Assembly (NCBI RefSeq): GCF_006345805.1 | Contig: NC_043006.1 | Coordinates: 47,306,001-47,370,000, forward strand | Direction: 5' to 3' | Length of the DNA: 64,000 nucleotides | Source of the DNA: Octopus sinensis | Lineage: Eukaryota | Shown: piece after piece, positions 28,440 to 41,792 of the stretch | Numbering within the stretch: the first letter of the stretch is position 1 | Layout: each line of letters starts with the position of its first letter | The notes under the pieces: generated by a model | Databases searched by the model: none | What the model was told of the DNA's origin: nothing | The model's input: the letters and a program-made list of their open reading frames with translations, nothing else | Position numbers and translations under genes: made by a program

Positions 28440-29330
28440 TTTCTAAGAGACTTGATGTCTTCGGAGTATATGAGTATAGCAAATTAATTTAGTTCTTACA
28501 TCTATCTAGATGTCTATTAGTTATTTGTTAGATATTCAAAGGACAGCGTGAATTAGATATTTTTCGCCCTGTCTTTTCCTATTTCTTCGTTATTCTTAAA
28601 TGTTACATTGTTACTTTCGAGAACTTTTCTATCCTCACCATTTTTGCGACTTAATCTTGAAACTTATTTCATGATATTATGTTCTTTGTTTGCTTTCATG
28701 GATTCACTACAACGTAGTTAATTTTTGTGTACCCATATTATACTTTCCTCGTCGCATGAGGATTTGGTTTTCGTCCTGGTTTCTACTATTAAGTGTCATA
28801 ATGTGTAGTTATCGATTTCTTATACTGATGCTAATAAGATAATAAGATTTCTCTTGATATCTCCAGCAGTCTGGTTGATAATGGTCACAAACCTGCCAGT
28901 ATCTTACTTCTCAATTGTTCTATTGCTTTCCATAATTTTCGTTGCCATTATGGTTATGGTTGAGAGTTCTGGGCATTTAGCTGTAAGGCATTTAGCTGTA
29001 AGGAGTTTCTTAATATGGGAAAATAACAAATCAGGTATCAGTGCTCTATCATAAATTGAATTCCATGTGTCTCAGCAACTCCTGTTTGGAAGAGATTCGG
29101 TTTGGCTGTATGTCACTCAGGGTCCATTAGGACTTGCAAAACTAATGTTATAACTCTTCGTAAATTATAACGTTTCGTAAGTGCTGTTCTGAACACTCAT
29201 CCATACTGCAGCACAAAGTATATCCCTAACCACGAAACGTGCCAATTCAGTTGTTTTTTTGGTGGCCTTTGGATTTCTGTGACCCAAGGACAAGACCGGA
29301 ATGTTCTGACGGAACATCTATGGTCGGAAC
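28440..29330 (-). mobile_element. Highly decayed RTE-like APE endonuclease region
   Basis: Remnant motifs GVAETH (about 29065-29082) and IIWV/IIMG-like on the minus strand; many stops. Confidence 0.35.
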
Positions 29331-29357
29331 TCAGAGTAAAGTGCCGACATTGGAAAT

Positions 29358-29580
29358 TTATATACATAAATCTGTAATGGTGTCTGTCTGTGTGTGTGTT
29401 TGTGTTTACTCTAACTCCTCCCACACTGTCCAACCGATTTTAATGATTTTGGCACATTGGTAGATCACATGCCCTGAAGGTCAAATAAGGCCGGAATTTT
29501 TCGAAAACATCCAAGGAAACCGAACAAATACAAACATGTAGGGTCGTTAGACCAGAGCGAGTGTAAAATAGTAAACGCCT
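29358..29580 (+). mobile_element. Helitron-like non-autonomous 5' end
   Basis: tatatacataaa...gtctgtctgtgtg...caaccgattttaatgattttggcac, similar to 27543 and 53887 heads. Confidence 0.45.
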
Positions 29581-29848
29581 CCACTGTTCTGTTCCTGTTC
29601 CCAACTTTGACCCTCCATAAATCCCAAATTTTATCTTGGTATTTATGGGAGCAACTGCTTTCGAAGGTTCATATTGCCGTTCAGTGCTCGAAATAAGGAG
29701 TAGATAGACAGGCGATAACAGATGAAGGGTCGTTCTTTATGTTACGTGTCCTGTTTTCTGTTTGTTTCTCTCGTTGTTTGCGTATTCAACTCATTTGCTT
29801 TCGTATTTCATGTTGTTTATTGGTTGTGATGTCCTGTACCATATATGC

Positions 29849-29924
<76 letters not shown>

Positions 29925-29925
29925 G

Positions 29926-29976
<51 letters not shown>

Positions 29977-30068
29977 ATATATATATATATATATTATATA
30001 TATATATATGCTTATATATATATGTATATATATATATACATATATATATACTTATATATATGTGGGTG

Positions 30069-30148
<80 letters not shown>

Positions 30149-30887
30149 TAACTTGTAAAAAATATTTATGTATAAATACCCGGAGACGTGCATGTATACA
30201 TATGTACACATCCATACAAGTATACATATATGCCTATAAGAAATGCGAGGAAGAGACACATCCGTAGAAACCGCCAACTCACAATTCTGTCACGTTATAT
30301 CGGCGGTCATGTGGCCATCTTATCTTACGTTTGGCTTTCTCATGTTAACTCCTTCTTTTCCGTGCTTGTCAAGCAATAATGGATGCAATGTAATGGTGAT
30401 AAATTGACAGCTGAGACTGGTAACGAGACGAATAACAATAATATATACGATGTCGTTGAAAGTAAGCCAAACATTGAATGGAAAGTAAAAAAAAAAAATT
30501 AATGTAATAAATATAATAATAAGCGTAATAGATTTTTTCCCGTTAGACAATTAGTTTTTTTTTTCTTTATTCTTTTAATTCTTTTTGATTTTTGTATTCA
30601 TGACTCCCCTACTTTCCTTTTTTTTTTTGAAATTCATGCAACATTATTGCGTGTTGTGGTGGAAATATTACAAGGAAAGCTGCTTACATAATCAGGCAAT
30701 ATTATTAGAAAGGTGCTTTGTCAGCAAAACGAGATGCGTGAAGAGAGGCGAGCCAAGTATATTATCAAGAAAAAAGAAGTCTATTCAGAAAGTATTGTCA
30801 ACAAAATATTCTAATGGTAGATTACTTATATAATATATAATATATATATATATATATATATAGATAGATAGATAGATAGATATATTT

Positions 30888-31309
30888 AGACGTAGGAGTG
30901 GCTGTGTGGTAAGTAGCTTGCTTACGAACCACATGGTTCCAGGTTCAGTCCCACTGCGTGGCGCCTTGGGCGAGTGTCTTCTATTATAGCTTTCGTTCTG
31001 ACCAAAGCCTTGTGAGTGGATTTGGTAGACGGAAACGGAAAGAAGCCTCTCGTATATATATATATATGTATGTATGTGTGTGTTTATGTTTGTGGGCCTG
31101 TGTTTGCCCCCCCCCCTCAACATTGTTTGACAACCTCTGCTGGTGTGTTTACGTCCCCGTAACTTACCAGTTCGGCAAAAGAGATCGATAGAATAAGTAC
31201 TAGGCCTATAAAGAATAAGTCCTGGGGTCGATTTGCTCGACTAAGGAGGTGCTCCAGCATGGCCACAGTCACATGACTGAAACAAATGAAAGAGTATAAA
31301 GAGTAAAGA

Positions 31310-31310
<1 letters not shown>
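30888..31310 (+). mobile_element. SINE family A, full length
   Basis: A-box-like tggctgtgtgg, B-box-like ggttcagtcc, CORE-like cttgggcgagtgtctt, CR1-like tail. Confidence 0.9.
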
Positions 31311-31349
<39 letters not shown>

Positions 31350-31352
<3 letters not shown>

Positions 31353-31760
31353 AGATAAGAAAATGGAGAAATACATCTAAATCGAATATCAATTACCAGA
31401 TAATACTCAATCACATGCTTTATTAAACCGCCACATAAGAGACTGTAGGGTTAAATATAAAAAGCAGCACAAATCAGTCTACATAAAACCCTACAGTCTC
31501 TTATGTGATGGTTTAATAAAGTATGTGATTGAGTATTATCTGGTAATTGATATTTGATTTAGATGTATTTCTCCATTTTCTTATCTTGTATTAGTAATTT
31601 GTGGTAAATCATTTTACCTTTGCCAAATAAAATACAGTAAATGAATTGATTGCATCGCAATCATTAACATTTATTAACTTTGTTGGGTACTTCACTAGCA
31701 GTATATTGGATTTACGTTATCCCATAGAGGGTTGCACTTACAACCCCTATCTCAATTTGT
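31350..31760. mobile_element. Head-to-head inverted pair of the 19363 element tail, inside (TA)n
   Basis: 31350-31452 is reverse complementary to 31487-31590; 31487-31760 is the reverse complement of about 19365-19640. Confidence 0.75.
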
Positions 31761-31764
31761 ATAT

Positions 31765-31830
<66 letters not shown>

Positions 31831-31831
<1 letters not shown>

Positions 31832-32620
31832 AATTTGAATAATAAGGGTAACAAATTCAATATTAATTTAAAGCAGTGGTCTAGCATATTAAAAAAATCT
31901 GAAGATTCAGAAAAATTATATTACATACATATAAAATGGATGGTCACTAAGTGGACATCCAATATGCTACATATAGGCCCCATATGGTCTGACCACTAAG
32001 AATAGATTGTTCTCAAGAAAATTCAGCAAAGGCTAGAATGTAAGCAGGCAAGACAAATGAAAAGATACAAAATATAATGATTAGTTAGGTACCAGATTTC
32101 ATTGTTACCATTTACATATTTACATACGTAAATGTCCGCAATTCATCAGAGTGGCCGTTATAGCAAAATATAATTTGCAGAAACATACGCGAGACGTCCA
32201 TACGAGATAGAACATGCATATAGTTTTCCCAATTATATTTCTGGGGGATATTTCAAATGTCTTCGTTTTAGAGCGCCAAAAACCGGAAATAATTCCGCAG
32301 AAAATAATTTTCTGCCGTGAATACTGATAACATGGTTATCTAAATTTAAATAATAAGGGTAAAAATTGAATATTAAAAATGATTAATATCAATTTAAACC
32401 AATGACCTAGCATATTGAAAAATCTGAAGATTCAGAAAAATTATATTACATATATATAAGTGGGATGGCCAGTAAGTGGACATCCAATATGCTAGATGTA
32501 GACCCCATATGGTCTGACCACTAAGAAAAGATTGCTCTCAAGATATTCCAGCAAATACCAGAATGTAAGCGAGCAAGACATGAAAAGATACAAAATAGAA
32601 TGATTAGTCACATACCAGTC
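31831..32620 (-). mobile_element. Penelope-pLTR-like element with tandemly duplicated tail (31831-32100 and 32340-32620) and degenerate hammerhead
   Basis: Direct repeat of about 270 bp. Minus strand GGCCACT-CTGATGA-ATTG..CATTTAC/GTAAATG..CAAT-GAAA-tctgGTA at 32156-32090. Confidence 0.55.
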
Positions 32621-32624
32621 TACA

Positions 32625-33796
32625 TCTAGGAATTTTTTGTTTCCATATAAAGAATAAACTTTAATCAGTTACATATTTTCCATTTTGTTTGCTGACCTTT
32701 TGTTAACTTTCTGCATTTTCATGATTCCCCGCTTATAGAACATCTGGTCCTTGTCAGCCAAAAACTGAAGCAAGTGCGATTTCAGGTCATCATCATTATT
32801 GACAATTTTACCTTTCAAAGAATTTTGAAAACTTCGAAATAAAAGGTAATCTGATGGTGCAAGGGCAGGGCTATATGGTGGATGTGATATAACCTCCCAA
32901 ACAAGCTCCAATAATTTTTCCCGAGTTGGCAAAGACGTGTGTTGTCTAGCGTTGTCACGATGGAACACGATTCCTATACGACTTGCCAGTTCTGGACATT
33001 TTTCTTTGATTGCGTCCTCGAGTATCATTAGTTGTTGAGATTAAACATCTGAAATGTTCGTTTGGTTCCTTGAAAGCAGCTCAAAATCCACAACACCTTT
33101 GTAATCTCACCAAATTGACAGCATGTCCTTTTTTCTTAATGCAATTCAGCTTTCGATGTAGCTTGTGCTGGTACATTACGCTTGGACCATGATTGTTTTC
33201 GACTGATGTTATTGTAGACAATTCATTCTTAATCACAAGTGATGATTCGTTTCAAAAATAAGGTCGATTATATCGTGCTTGAGATGCATATCGCAAATAT
33301 TGATTCGATGTTTTAAGTGAATCTCTTTCAGTAAATGTAGAACCTAAGATTCGAGATTTTTGCACAGTTATATGACAATAAAATACAATTATATCTTTAA
33401 TTCGGACATCATCAACTTCAGTAAATCGAGCAGAACGTTCGTCTGCTTTGATTTTTAAATATCCAGAGCGGAATTTTGAAAACCATTTCTGAAGTGTGCC
33501 TTCTGTTATGCAATCAATACCATAAACTTCACATATATCTTTGTGAGCCCCAGCAGCTTCCTTGCCTTTAAGGAAATAAAAAAGCAAAATTTGGTGAAAA
33601 TGTTTTTGCTCTCCATGTTCAAATTGACACTGGACTAATAGCAACAAACACAATTACGTGCAATTTGCTTCTAAAGTAAGCTAGAAGTAACGACTATCAA
33701 ATGTCAAATGGAGAAAATCATAACATTGACAAAAGTCATTTTAAAAAATCGTAACTCTATATATTTGCAAAACACAAAATTACTTTCTTGCCAACT
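32625..33796 (-). pseudogene. Mariner-family transposase pseudogene
   Basis: HQILLFYFLKG...ICEVYG...QKWFSKFRSG (HTH); IVFHRDNARQH and HPPYSPALAPSDYLLFRS (D,D34D catalytic region); TIR-like ttggcaagaaagtaatt at about 33779-33795; stops and frameshifts. Confidence 0.9.
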
Positions 33797-33950
33797 ACGA
33801 GTTTCTTTCCGTTTCCGTTCTACGAGATCCACTAACGAGGCTTTGGTATGCTTCAGGCTATTGTCGAAGACATACACCAGAGTTACCACGCAGTGGGACT
33901 GAACACGGAACAATATCTTTGGGAAGCAAACTTCTTACTCCGTCTGCGCC
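33797..33950 (-). mobile_element. SINE family A 5' fragment, degenerate
   Basis: ccacgcagtgggactgaac and tttccgtt..ctac..atccact motifs. Confidence 0.65.
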
Positions 33951-34750
33951 CGCCGATTGCAAAGTAATTTGTCACACTTTTAACAATGTCAAGAAATGTA
34001 TTGCAAATGGTACCAATATAGACACACTCATAGTTGCCTTGTTTCATTTGTATATATATATCAGTTATTAAATGGCTTCATTATCAATGCTATTTGAATG
34101 GCCAGTGCAGTTTTTACTGATTAGAGAATACGTGTAACTATCAGAAGACTTATTCAACAGTATTCACAAAACCATTCTCACAGAGAAACATTCAAACACA
34201 AACACATAGTCTGCACAAATATATGCGTATATCTTAAGGAAATGAATTCTGTCAAATTGTCACAAATGCATTATCCGACTGCCAGTCAACATGAAGTTTC
34301 CGACAAATCCTTTACTTTATACTTTCACAAACATATATTTAAAATTTCGAAACAATTTGTGTATGAACGGCTTTAGCATATACACACACAAACGTGCACA
34401 AACATGCACACGCCCTTGTATGAGTACATACATATAGAAATATGTACATATAATTGTGTGTGTGTGGATGAATACCTGTGTGTATATACGTGCACGCGCG
34501 TGTGTGTTAGTCTTGATCGACATCAATAAACGACTATACTCTGCATTCACGCTGACTACTTCCTCTCCATCCTTCATTCCTTCCCTCATTTAATTCTTCA
34601 TTCCTATTTCTTCGTTTTATTTCACTCTCCCTGTGTTTGTATATACCGAGAAAGAGTAAAAAGATTTCGAGAAAGAAAGAAACAAGAAAAAAATTTGACA
34701 GAATTCCCTTTGGTATTCTTCATTTTCTAATAATAATAATAATAATAGTA

Positions 34751-34789
<39 letters not shown>

Positions 34790-35262
34790 TGGTATAAAAG
34801 ATGGGCTACAGCAAATATTCTGCTCAATACCACAGATTTGCTTGTCAGTTGTTTGACCTTAACCAGTTGAGCATGTCCCTTAGTGGCTGACAATTCGTGC
34901 ATCTCTGATCACGAGCAGAAGTAGTGGGGGAGCATCATAGCCATGTGTTGAGAGGAATTCTTTGGGGTTTGAATAATTCACCTTTGGAAACATGGGTGTT
35001 TCGTTCATCATCCTAAAGCAACCCTTATTCAGGGACCTTTTGAGCAGGATGGGCTACTCGAGCTGAAGAAAATTCTAACTGGGCCCCACCTGCAAGGTCA
35101 TGTGCTGTTTATCTTGATATGAGATCACCATGTCGCGCCCATATGATTGTGATGCATGTGCCTGGTGTACCCTTATCAGGCGGGTAGTCATGATGGGTAT
35201 GCTGGGCTTCGTATATTTTACCCCAGTGTCACTTTGATGGCATGCACTGCTCTCTCACTCAA
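34790..35262. mobile_element. Unassigned interspersed repeat inserted in (AAT)n (possibly a LINE 5' UTR)
   Basis: Flanked by (AAT)n on both sides; 35110-35260 has a diverged copy at about 27975-28120. Confidence 0.5.
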
Positions 35263-36084
35263 TAATAATAATACTAATGATAATAATCCTTTTTACTAAA
35301 AGCATAGGGTCTGAAATTATATCGACCTCAGTACTCAACTGGTGCTTAATTTATCGACCGCGAAAGATGAAGGGTAAAGTCGATCTCGGTGGAATTTCAA
35401 TTCAGAACGTAGCGACGAGCGAAATACCGCTAAACATTTCATCCAGCATGCAAACCACAACCTGCTCACTGTAATAATAATAATAATAATAATTGCTTAA
35501 AATTTTGCTCTGTACTCAGAAACTTTATTGGAAAGCACCTTGTCGGTTACATTGCTTTCAGTATCGGACTGGTGTTTCATTTTATCGTTCTCAAGGGGAT
35601 AAAAAGCAAAGTTTACCTCGGCAGGATCTAAATTCTGAATGTCAAGCGCCGCTATGTAAGCAGGGGAGTGCAAGTTCGGTAATAATCATATCAGAAATGA
35701 AAATGAATACCGGCGCCAAGTAAAAAATTTCTCAAGCATTTTGGGCTTTCCTTTCTTTTTCAGGAACATTATTTATTGTAGAAAAAAAAAGAAAGAAAGA
35801 AAAAAAAGTACATGTGGTCATATGAAGGAAATTCTCACAAGACCAGTAAAAAAAATATAAATGTTGTAGAATACGTAAAAGGAATACATAATGATTCCAG
35901 GACCCTTCGTTGCCAATGAATTTAATTCCATATTATTTATTGGTAGTCAAATTTCTTGTTTCGGTTTAGCTACACACGCTTATACTGAGTCTTTCAAAAT
36001 GCGATAATTCTTGGACACTTGCCGTTCTGTATTGCATGAAGTAGTTGCAATCATAACTGCCTTAGTTTTTATAGCATTTTTCTA

Positions 36085-36800
36085 AGGTGGCTAGCTGGCG
36101 GAATCGTTAGCACGCCGGGCGAAATGCGTGGCCGTTATTCGTCTGCCGCTACGTTCTGAGTTCAAATTTCGCCGAGGTCGACTTTGCCTTTCATCCTTTC
36201 GGGGTCGATAAATTAAGTTCCAGTTACGCACTGGCGCCGATGTAATCGACTTAATCCGTTTGTCTGTCAATGTTTGTCCCCTCTGTGTTAAGCCCCTTGT
36301 GGGTAGTAAATAAATAGGTATTTCGTCTGTCGTTACATTCTGAGTTCAAATTCCGCCGAGGTCAACTTTGCTTTTCTTCCTTTCGAGGTCGATTAAATAA
36401 GTACCAGTTACACCCTGGGGTCGATATAATCGACTGAATCCGTTTGTCTGTCTTTGTTTGTCCTCTCTGTGTTTAGCCCCTTGTGGGTAGTAATGAAATA
36501 GGTATTTCGTCTGCCGCTACGTTTTGAGTTCAAATTCCGCCGAGGTCGACTTTGCCTTTCATCCTTTCGAGTTCGAATAAATAAGTACCAGTTACGCACT
36601 GGGGTCGATATAATCGACTTAACCCGTTTGTATCTCCTTGTTTGTCCCCTCTGTGTGTAGCCTCTTGTGGGCAGTAAAGAGGTAGGTATTTCGTCTGCCG
36701 GTACGTTCTGAATTCAAATCCCGGGGTCCATAAATTAAGTACCAGTTAAGTAATGGTGTCGATATCACCAAAAATTTCAGGCCTTGTACCTAGAGTAGAA
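36085..36800 (+). mobile_element. tRNA-derived SINE family B with internal tandem array (about 183 bp x 3.5)
   Basis: Head agctggcggaatcgttagcacgccgggcgaaat. Units ttcgtctg..tacgttctgagttcaaattccgccgaggtcgactttgcctttcatcctttcg..gtcgat..aagtaccag start at about 36136, 36318, 36501 and 36686. Fragments also near 7150, 8200, 26730, 35320, 58215, 59590. Confidence 0.85.
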
Positions 36801-36974
36801 GGGTTTTTATAGCGTTTCATTTCGGCGACCATTGCTCATTTTATTTTCGTTTACGTTCTTTTTTAAAAATATGTTTTAAATTACTATTTCTTTATTTATT
36901 TAAAATACTTATTTCAATATTGAAAACTGTGGACAACCAGTAGTATATTATTAATAATTTGTGCTTATGTCAAT

Positions 36975-37142
36975 CTCACACCATCACTTGACAACTGGTG
37001 CTGGTTTGTTTACCTTCATGCAGCGTAGCGGTTCGGTGAAAGATATCGAAAGAGAAAGTATTAGGTTTCAAGAAATAAGTTGTCGCGACCGATCGTTCCT
37101 CTAAAAGACGGTGCCCCAGGGAGGCTGGAGCCGAACAACTGG
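36975..37142 (+). mobile_element. SINE family A 3' half, diverged
   Basis: cttgacaactggtgctgg...agcggttcgg...aaataagt...cggtgccccag. Confidence 0.65.
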
Positions 37143-37852
37143 AAAAAATTACAATATAACAGATAATATTTGAAGATACTTTAGATATTTTACCACGCAC
37201 TCAAACACTCACACGGGCACACGCACCTACACTAGAATACATCGGGAATAAACCACTCGTGTACGCGTGCATGTATGAATATAACGAAACTACCGAAGCA
37301 TCGCATATATAAATCATATGCAATTCACTCGTACCCACGATTTGTTGACATTGTTAGAATTAAAATCCAGCTTTCACCTTCTATTGTTGTCTACCTTCTT
37401 TTTGGCAATACGTTGTTTGTTGGAATTTATTTCTGAAAACTGCCTCATATTTACGAATGCAGCCTCCTCATGGAATTATGCTTACCTAATTTATGGTCTT
37501 CGGAGTATAGTATACTCGGACAGGATTTCGGATTTGAACTAAGAGTCAAAAGAATAGAGATGATAACAGAAAGGGCTTTTTAGCCACCCCGCTTGCCATA
37601 TGAAGTTTCGTTATAGTTTACAGTTTAAATCATGTTACATCATAATTCTCTTTTGTAAGATAGCACAAATGCAAATATGATTATAAATATTATTACATCA
37701 TATATTAGGTAAAAAAAAAAGACCCAATAGACAGGAGATAATATCGGAAAGATTCGAAATGTGTCAGCAAACAGCGTATTTCTTTTTAACCAGTTTTTAT
37801 TATAAGGTACTCTCTATAGTTATATTTGCGTTCGAGCTACTTCATAAAGGAT

Positions 37853-38266
37853 ACTCTTTTACTCTTTTACTTGTTTCAGTCATTTGACTGAGGCCATGCT
37901 GGAGCACCGCCTTTAGTCGAGCACATCGACCTCAGGACTTATTCTTTGTAAGCCTAGTACTTCTTCTATAGGACTCTTTTACCGAACTGCTACGTTACGG
38001 AGACATAAACACACCAGCATAATTTTTTTTTTTTGGTGGGGGGGACACAAACACACACACAAACACACACATATATATATACATATATATATACATATAT
38101 ACTACGGGCTTCTTTCAGTTTCCGTCTGCCAAATCCATTCACAAGGCTTTGGTCGACCCGAGGCCACAGTAGAGGACACTTGCCCAAGATACCACGCAGT
38201 GGGACTGAACCCAGAACCATGTAGTTCGTAAGTAAGCTACTTACCACACAGCCACTCCTACGCCTA
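37853..38266 (-). mobile_element. SINE family A, full length
   Basis: Reverse complement of 30888-31310. Confidence 0.9.
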
Positions 38267-39109
38267 TGTTTATTTTCTTATTGCCCTCGCATTTGTTTTT
38301 TGCTCTACACATATACCTCTTCTATACCCTGCATGTTGATGTGAATGCGTTGTTTTTGTTACAGTTGCAGCTTCTATACAGCGATTGGTAGTGTTTCGTA
38401 ATTCCTTTAGTATTGGTTTTAGCAGCAGTGGTGTTAGTAGAGTTGATGATAAGAGGGTCTTGTTGATATTCTCGTTCATCACGATAATGATTACGCAGCT
38501 ACTGCTGTTGCTACTTTTACTGCGGAGGGGTGGAGGTGAGCTGTAGATGGAGAGGTGGAAGCGAGAGACTGAATACGATCTTGTCGACGATGATGATGAT
38601 GTGGTAGTTGACAATGATGATGTTGTAATGTGGTGGTGGTGGTGGTGGTGGTGGTAATGTCGTTGGAAATAACTAAGTATGGCCATGTGTGAGACAGTGG
38701 TGGCCAGGCATAATGATAAGACAAGAAAAGAGCCAGATTTGTCATAAAATGAATATACGCCTTGTGATGGACGTGAGCGTTTATGGTCGTTGCCGGCGTT
38801 GATGCAGATTCAGTTAATAATGGTTTTGACGGTGTGGGAAGGTTGCAAAAATAGAAAGCAAAGAAAGAAAAACGGAAAAAAAAACTATTTTGCAGGGGTA
38901 AGAAATGATGTGGTGATTAGAATCACGGATGTCACGCGATAGCACTGCCTCTTGGGTCTGTCGTCACACAACACTGAGATTGGTGTGGCATTTTGCGTTA
39001 TGTTTGTGGGGCTATATGAAAGACGTATATGTTGCTTTTACAGTATTTTTATCATATGTATGTATATTTGTGTCTTTGCATGCATATATGTATATTTGTG
39101 TCTTTGCAT

Positions 39110-39148
<39 letters not shown>

Positions 39149-39219
39149 CACACATACGTATACATACATATATATATGTATATACGCGATTATGTATATA
39201 TATCCACACACACACAGAT

Positions 39220-39281
<62 letters not shown>

Positions 39282-40023
39282 CTTTATATATACTTACTCA
39301 TACTTACATACACACATATGTACACACAGGCACACACACGCACAAGCACACAGACGTACACGCTCACACATATATAATGAAATTAAAAACAAGGTCAGCG
39401 GAGTGTGCATGGAAGAAGATAGGCACCGTATTTTCAGAAAGCAAATCACATATCCGACCGCATAGCCAAACATACGCATACAGGCGTTCTCATAGCCTCG
39501 CTCGCTCCATAGACTAAGGTCTTTATCTAATAACTTTTCTTTCGTCTTATCTGAATGTTTGCGTTTTTGTGTTCCTCAAAATCATATTTTCTGTTACAAT
39601 CCCGTTTCTATTTACCTTTTACTCTATCACACCGACACTCACATTCCATCTTTTCTCTGGCTATTTTATCCACCCACCCCCACTCTCTCTCTCTCTCTCT
39701 CTCTTGTCCTAATACCCCTTCCACATATCTGTCCATGATCATTTGATTATCTTTATATTTTATTTCGCACATTACTCTGGGCTGCTGCCTCCAGGATAAA
39801 AGAAGATATTGGGAGACATTTTCTCACCAGTTCTTTGTTTCTTTGTCATGAACGGTAACCATCTAATCTATTGTTTACTTACAGTTTCAAAACTACTTAG
39901 ATTTTCTGTATGAAATCAAGATGTTTCTCATAAAGGTTAATTTTAAGTTTTAGCATTATTGTCCATATCAGGCATGCATATTAAAACTGAAATTGTTATT
40001 GCATGGAATAATACCTAGTGTAC

Positions 40024-40443
40024 GTACTCTATTTACTCTTTTTCTTGTTTCAGAAATTTGACTGCGGCCATGCTGGAGCACCATCTTTAGTCGAGCAACT
40101 CGACCCAGGGACTTATTCTTTGTAAGCCTAGTACTTATTCTATCGGTCTCTTTTGCCGAACCGCTAAGTGACGGGGACATAAACACACCAGCATCGGTTG
40201 TCAAGCAATGCTTGGGGGACAAACACAGACACACAAACATACACGCACACACATATATATATATATATATACATATATACGACGGGCTTCTTTCAGTTTC
40301 CGTCTACCAAATCTACTCACAAGGCTATGGTCGGCCCGAGGTTATAGTTGAAGACACTTGCCCAAGGTGCGACGCAGTGGGACTGAACTCGGAACCATGT
40401 GGTTGGTAAGCAAGCTACTTACCACACAGCCACTCCCGCGCCT
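40024..40443 (-). mobile_element. SINE family A, full length
   Basis: Reverse complement of 30888-31310. Confidence 0.9.
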
Positions 40444-41594
40444 GTAAAATACTCGTAAAATAGCAATATGTTGCGAGAAGAAGTGCACTATATTGCAAAC
40501 AGAATTAGGACACTTAAACAACTTTAGATATAGAATAAGCGGAAAACTAGGTTAGTCTGGATAGTGCATTATTAAACGAAACCACTATGATGTTTTGAAA
40601 TGCCCGATATAATTTGATTTGTTGTGTGATTTTGATAGGCAGCAAGCATAATCTGCTATATCATTTGTAGTCGACCATCACCGGATTTTTTTTCCTCTGT
40701 ATGTTTAAATCTAGGTGGAAACCTCCTGCGTTTTCTTCACAAACAATTTTTAAATGGCTGCGCGTTATATTAAATGACTGTGGTGCAAAATGTACTTTAA
40801 TGTCTGTTTTATATCCTAGATTACTAAAAGTTCATAATTTCGGATTTGACATTGTGAATTTTTTTTCATAAACATCCGTACATACTTCCCTGGTAATTTT
40901 GTCAACTTGCTTAAATATACTGATAAATAGGTCATCTTTCATTTATGTTATCTTAAGCTCGACAATTTTTCTTTTTTTTTTTTTTAATTTCTGAAAACTT
41001 CGGCTACGATATTTGAAAGAGCTACCTACTTCATTTAAGTTTTAAATATTGTGTTTGATATGAATAACGTTATATGAATAAAGCCTTTTTGGATTTCAGT
41101 AGGAATATATTGATGAGGTTTCCTTCCATAGTGGAAATCTCTTCTTCGCGCCCATTCTTGCCCCGTGAACTCTTTCAGTTGGACAATTCAAAGCCACCCA
41201 CTTCAACAAGAACAAATTTATCTAACCACATTATTGTTTAAACTCTAAGTATATCACTTGGATAACTTTACATATGATGCAAATGTGTCTGAAGTATTTG
41301 ACATTTTTCAAAGCAAGTCTCACGAAATATTGCAATAGTTACAGACATAAACAAGAGGTGAACCAGTACAGATGCAAATTTTCCCCCATTACGCCAAAAC
41401 ACACTCCAAATCTGTCTTTGAGCCATTAGACTGATTTATTCTTACATATCATTGCATTGTCAATAAGCAAGATTATTTATTATACACACGAACTGAATTA
41501 AGTATATTTTCCCGTGTCAATGAAAATACATATGTCGGTTGCCGGAGTTCGCGGGCTATTTTGATTGAATCTTATCAGCAAAAATTCTACTACT

Positions 41595-41760
41595 GTTCTA
41601 TACTTAAGAGATGAGGAATTATGTACATTATTTACATTATTTACATTCGACGGATATTTGTCCTCATCTTGTTCGTTGTTAAAATAACGTCTCGGCAGAT
41701 ATACCCTCCAGCCTACTTCAGGTGTCTGGGGGAAATTTTGAACCTGGGTTCTCATTCCTA
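41595..41760 (-). mobile_element. 3' half of hammerhead-SINE (left, mutated copy)
   Basis: Reverse complement of 44053-44183; core mutated to CTGAAGTA...GAGAC. Confidence 0.8.
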
Positions 41761-41792
41761 TTATTATTCCTATTATTATTATTATTGTTATC

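Noticed and set aside
36130-36780. CRISPR-like regular repeats
   Set aside because: Whole units of about 183 bp repeat with no unique spacers; eukaryotic SINE sequence; no cas genes
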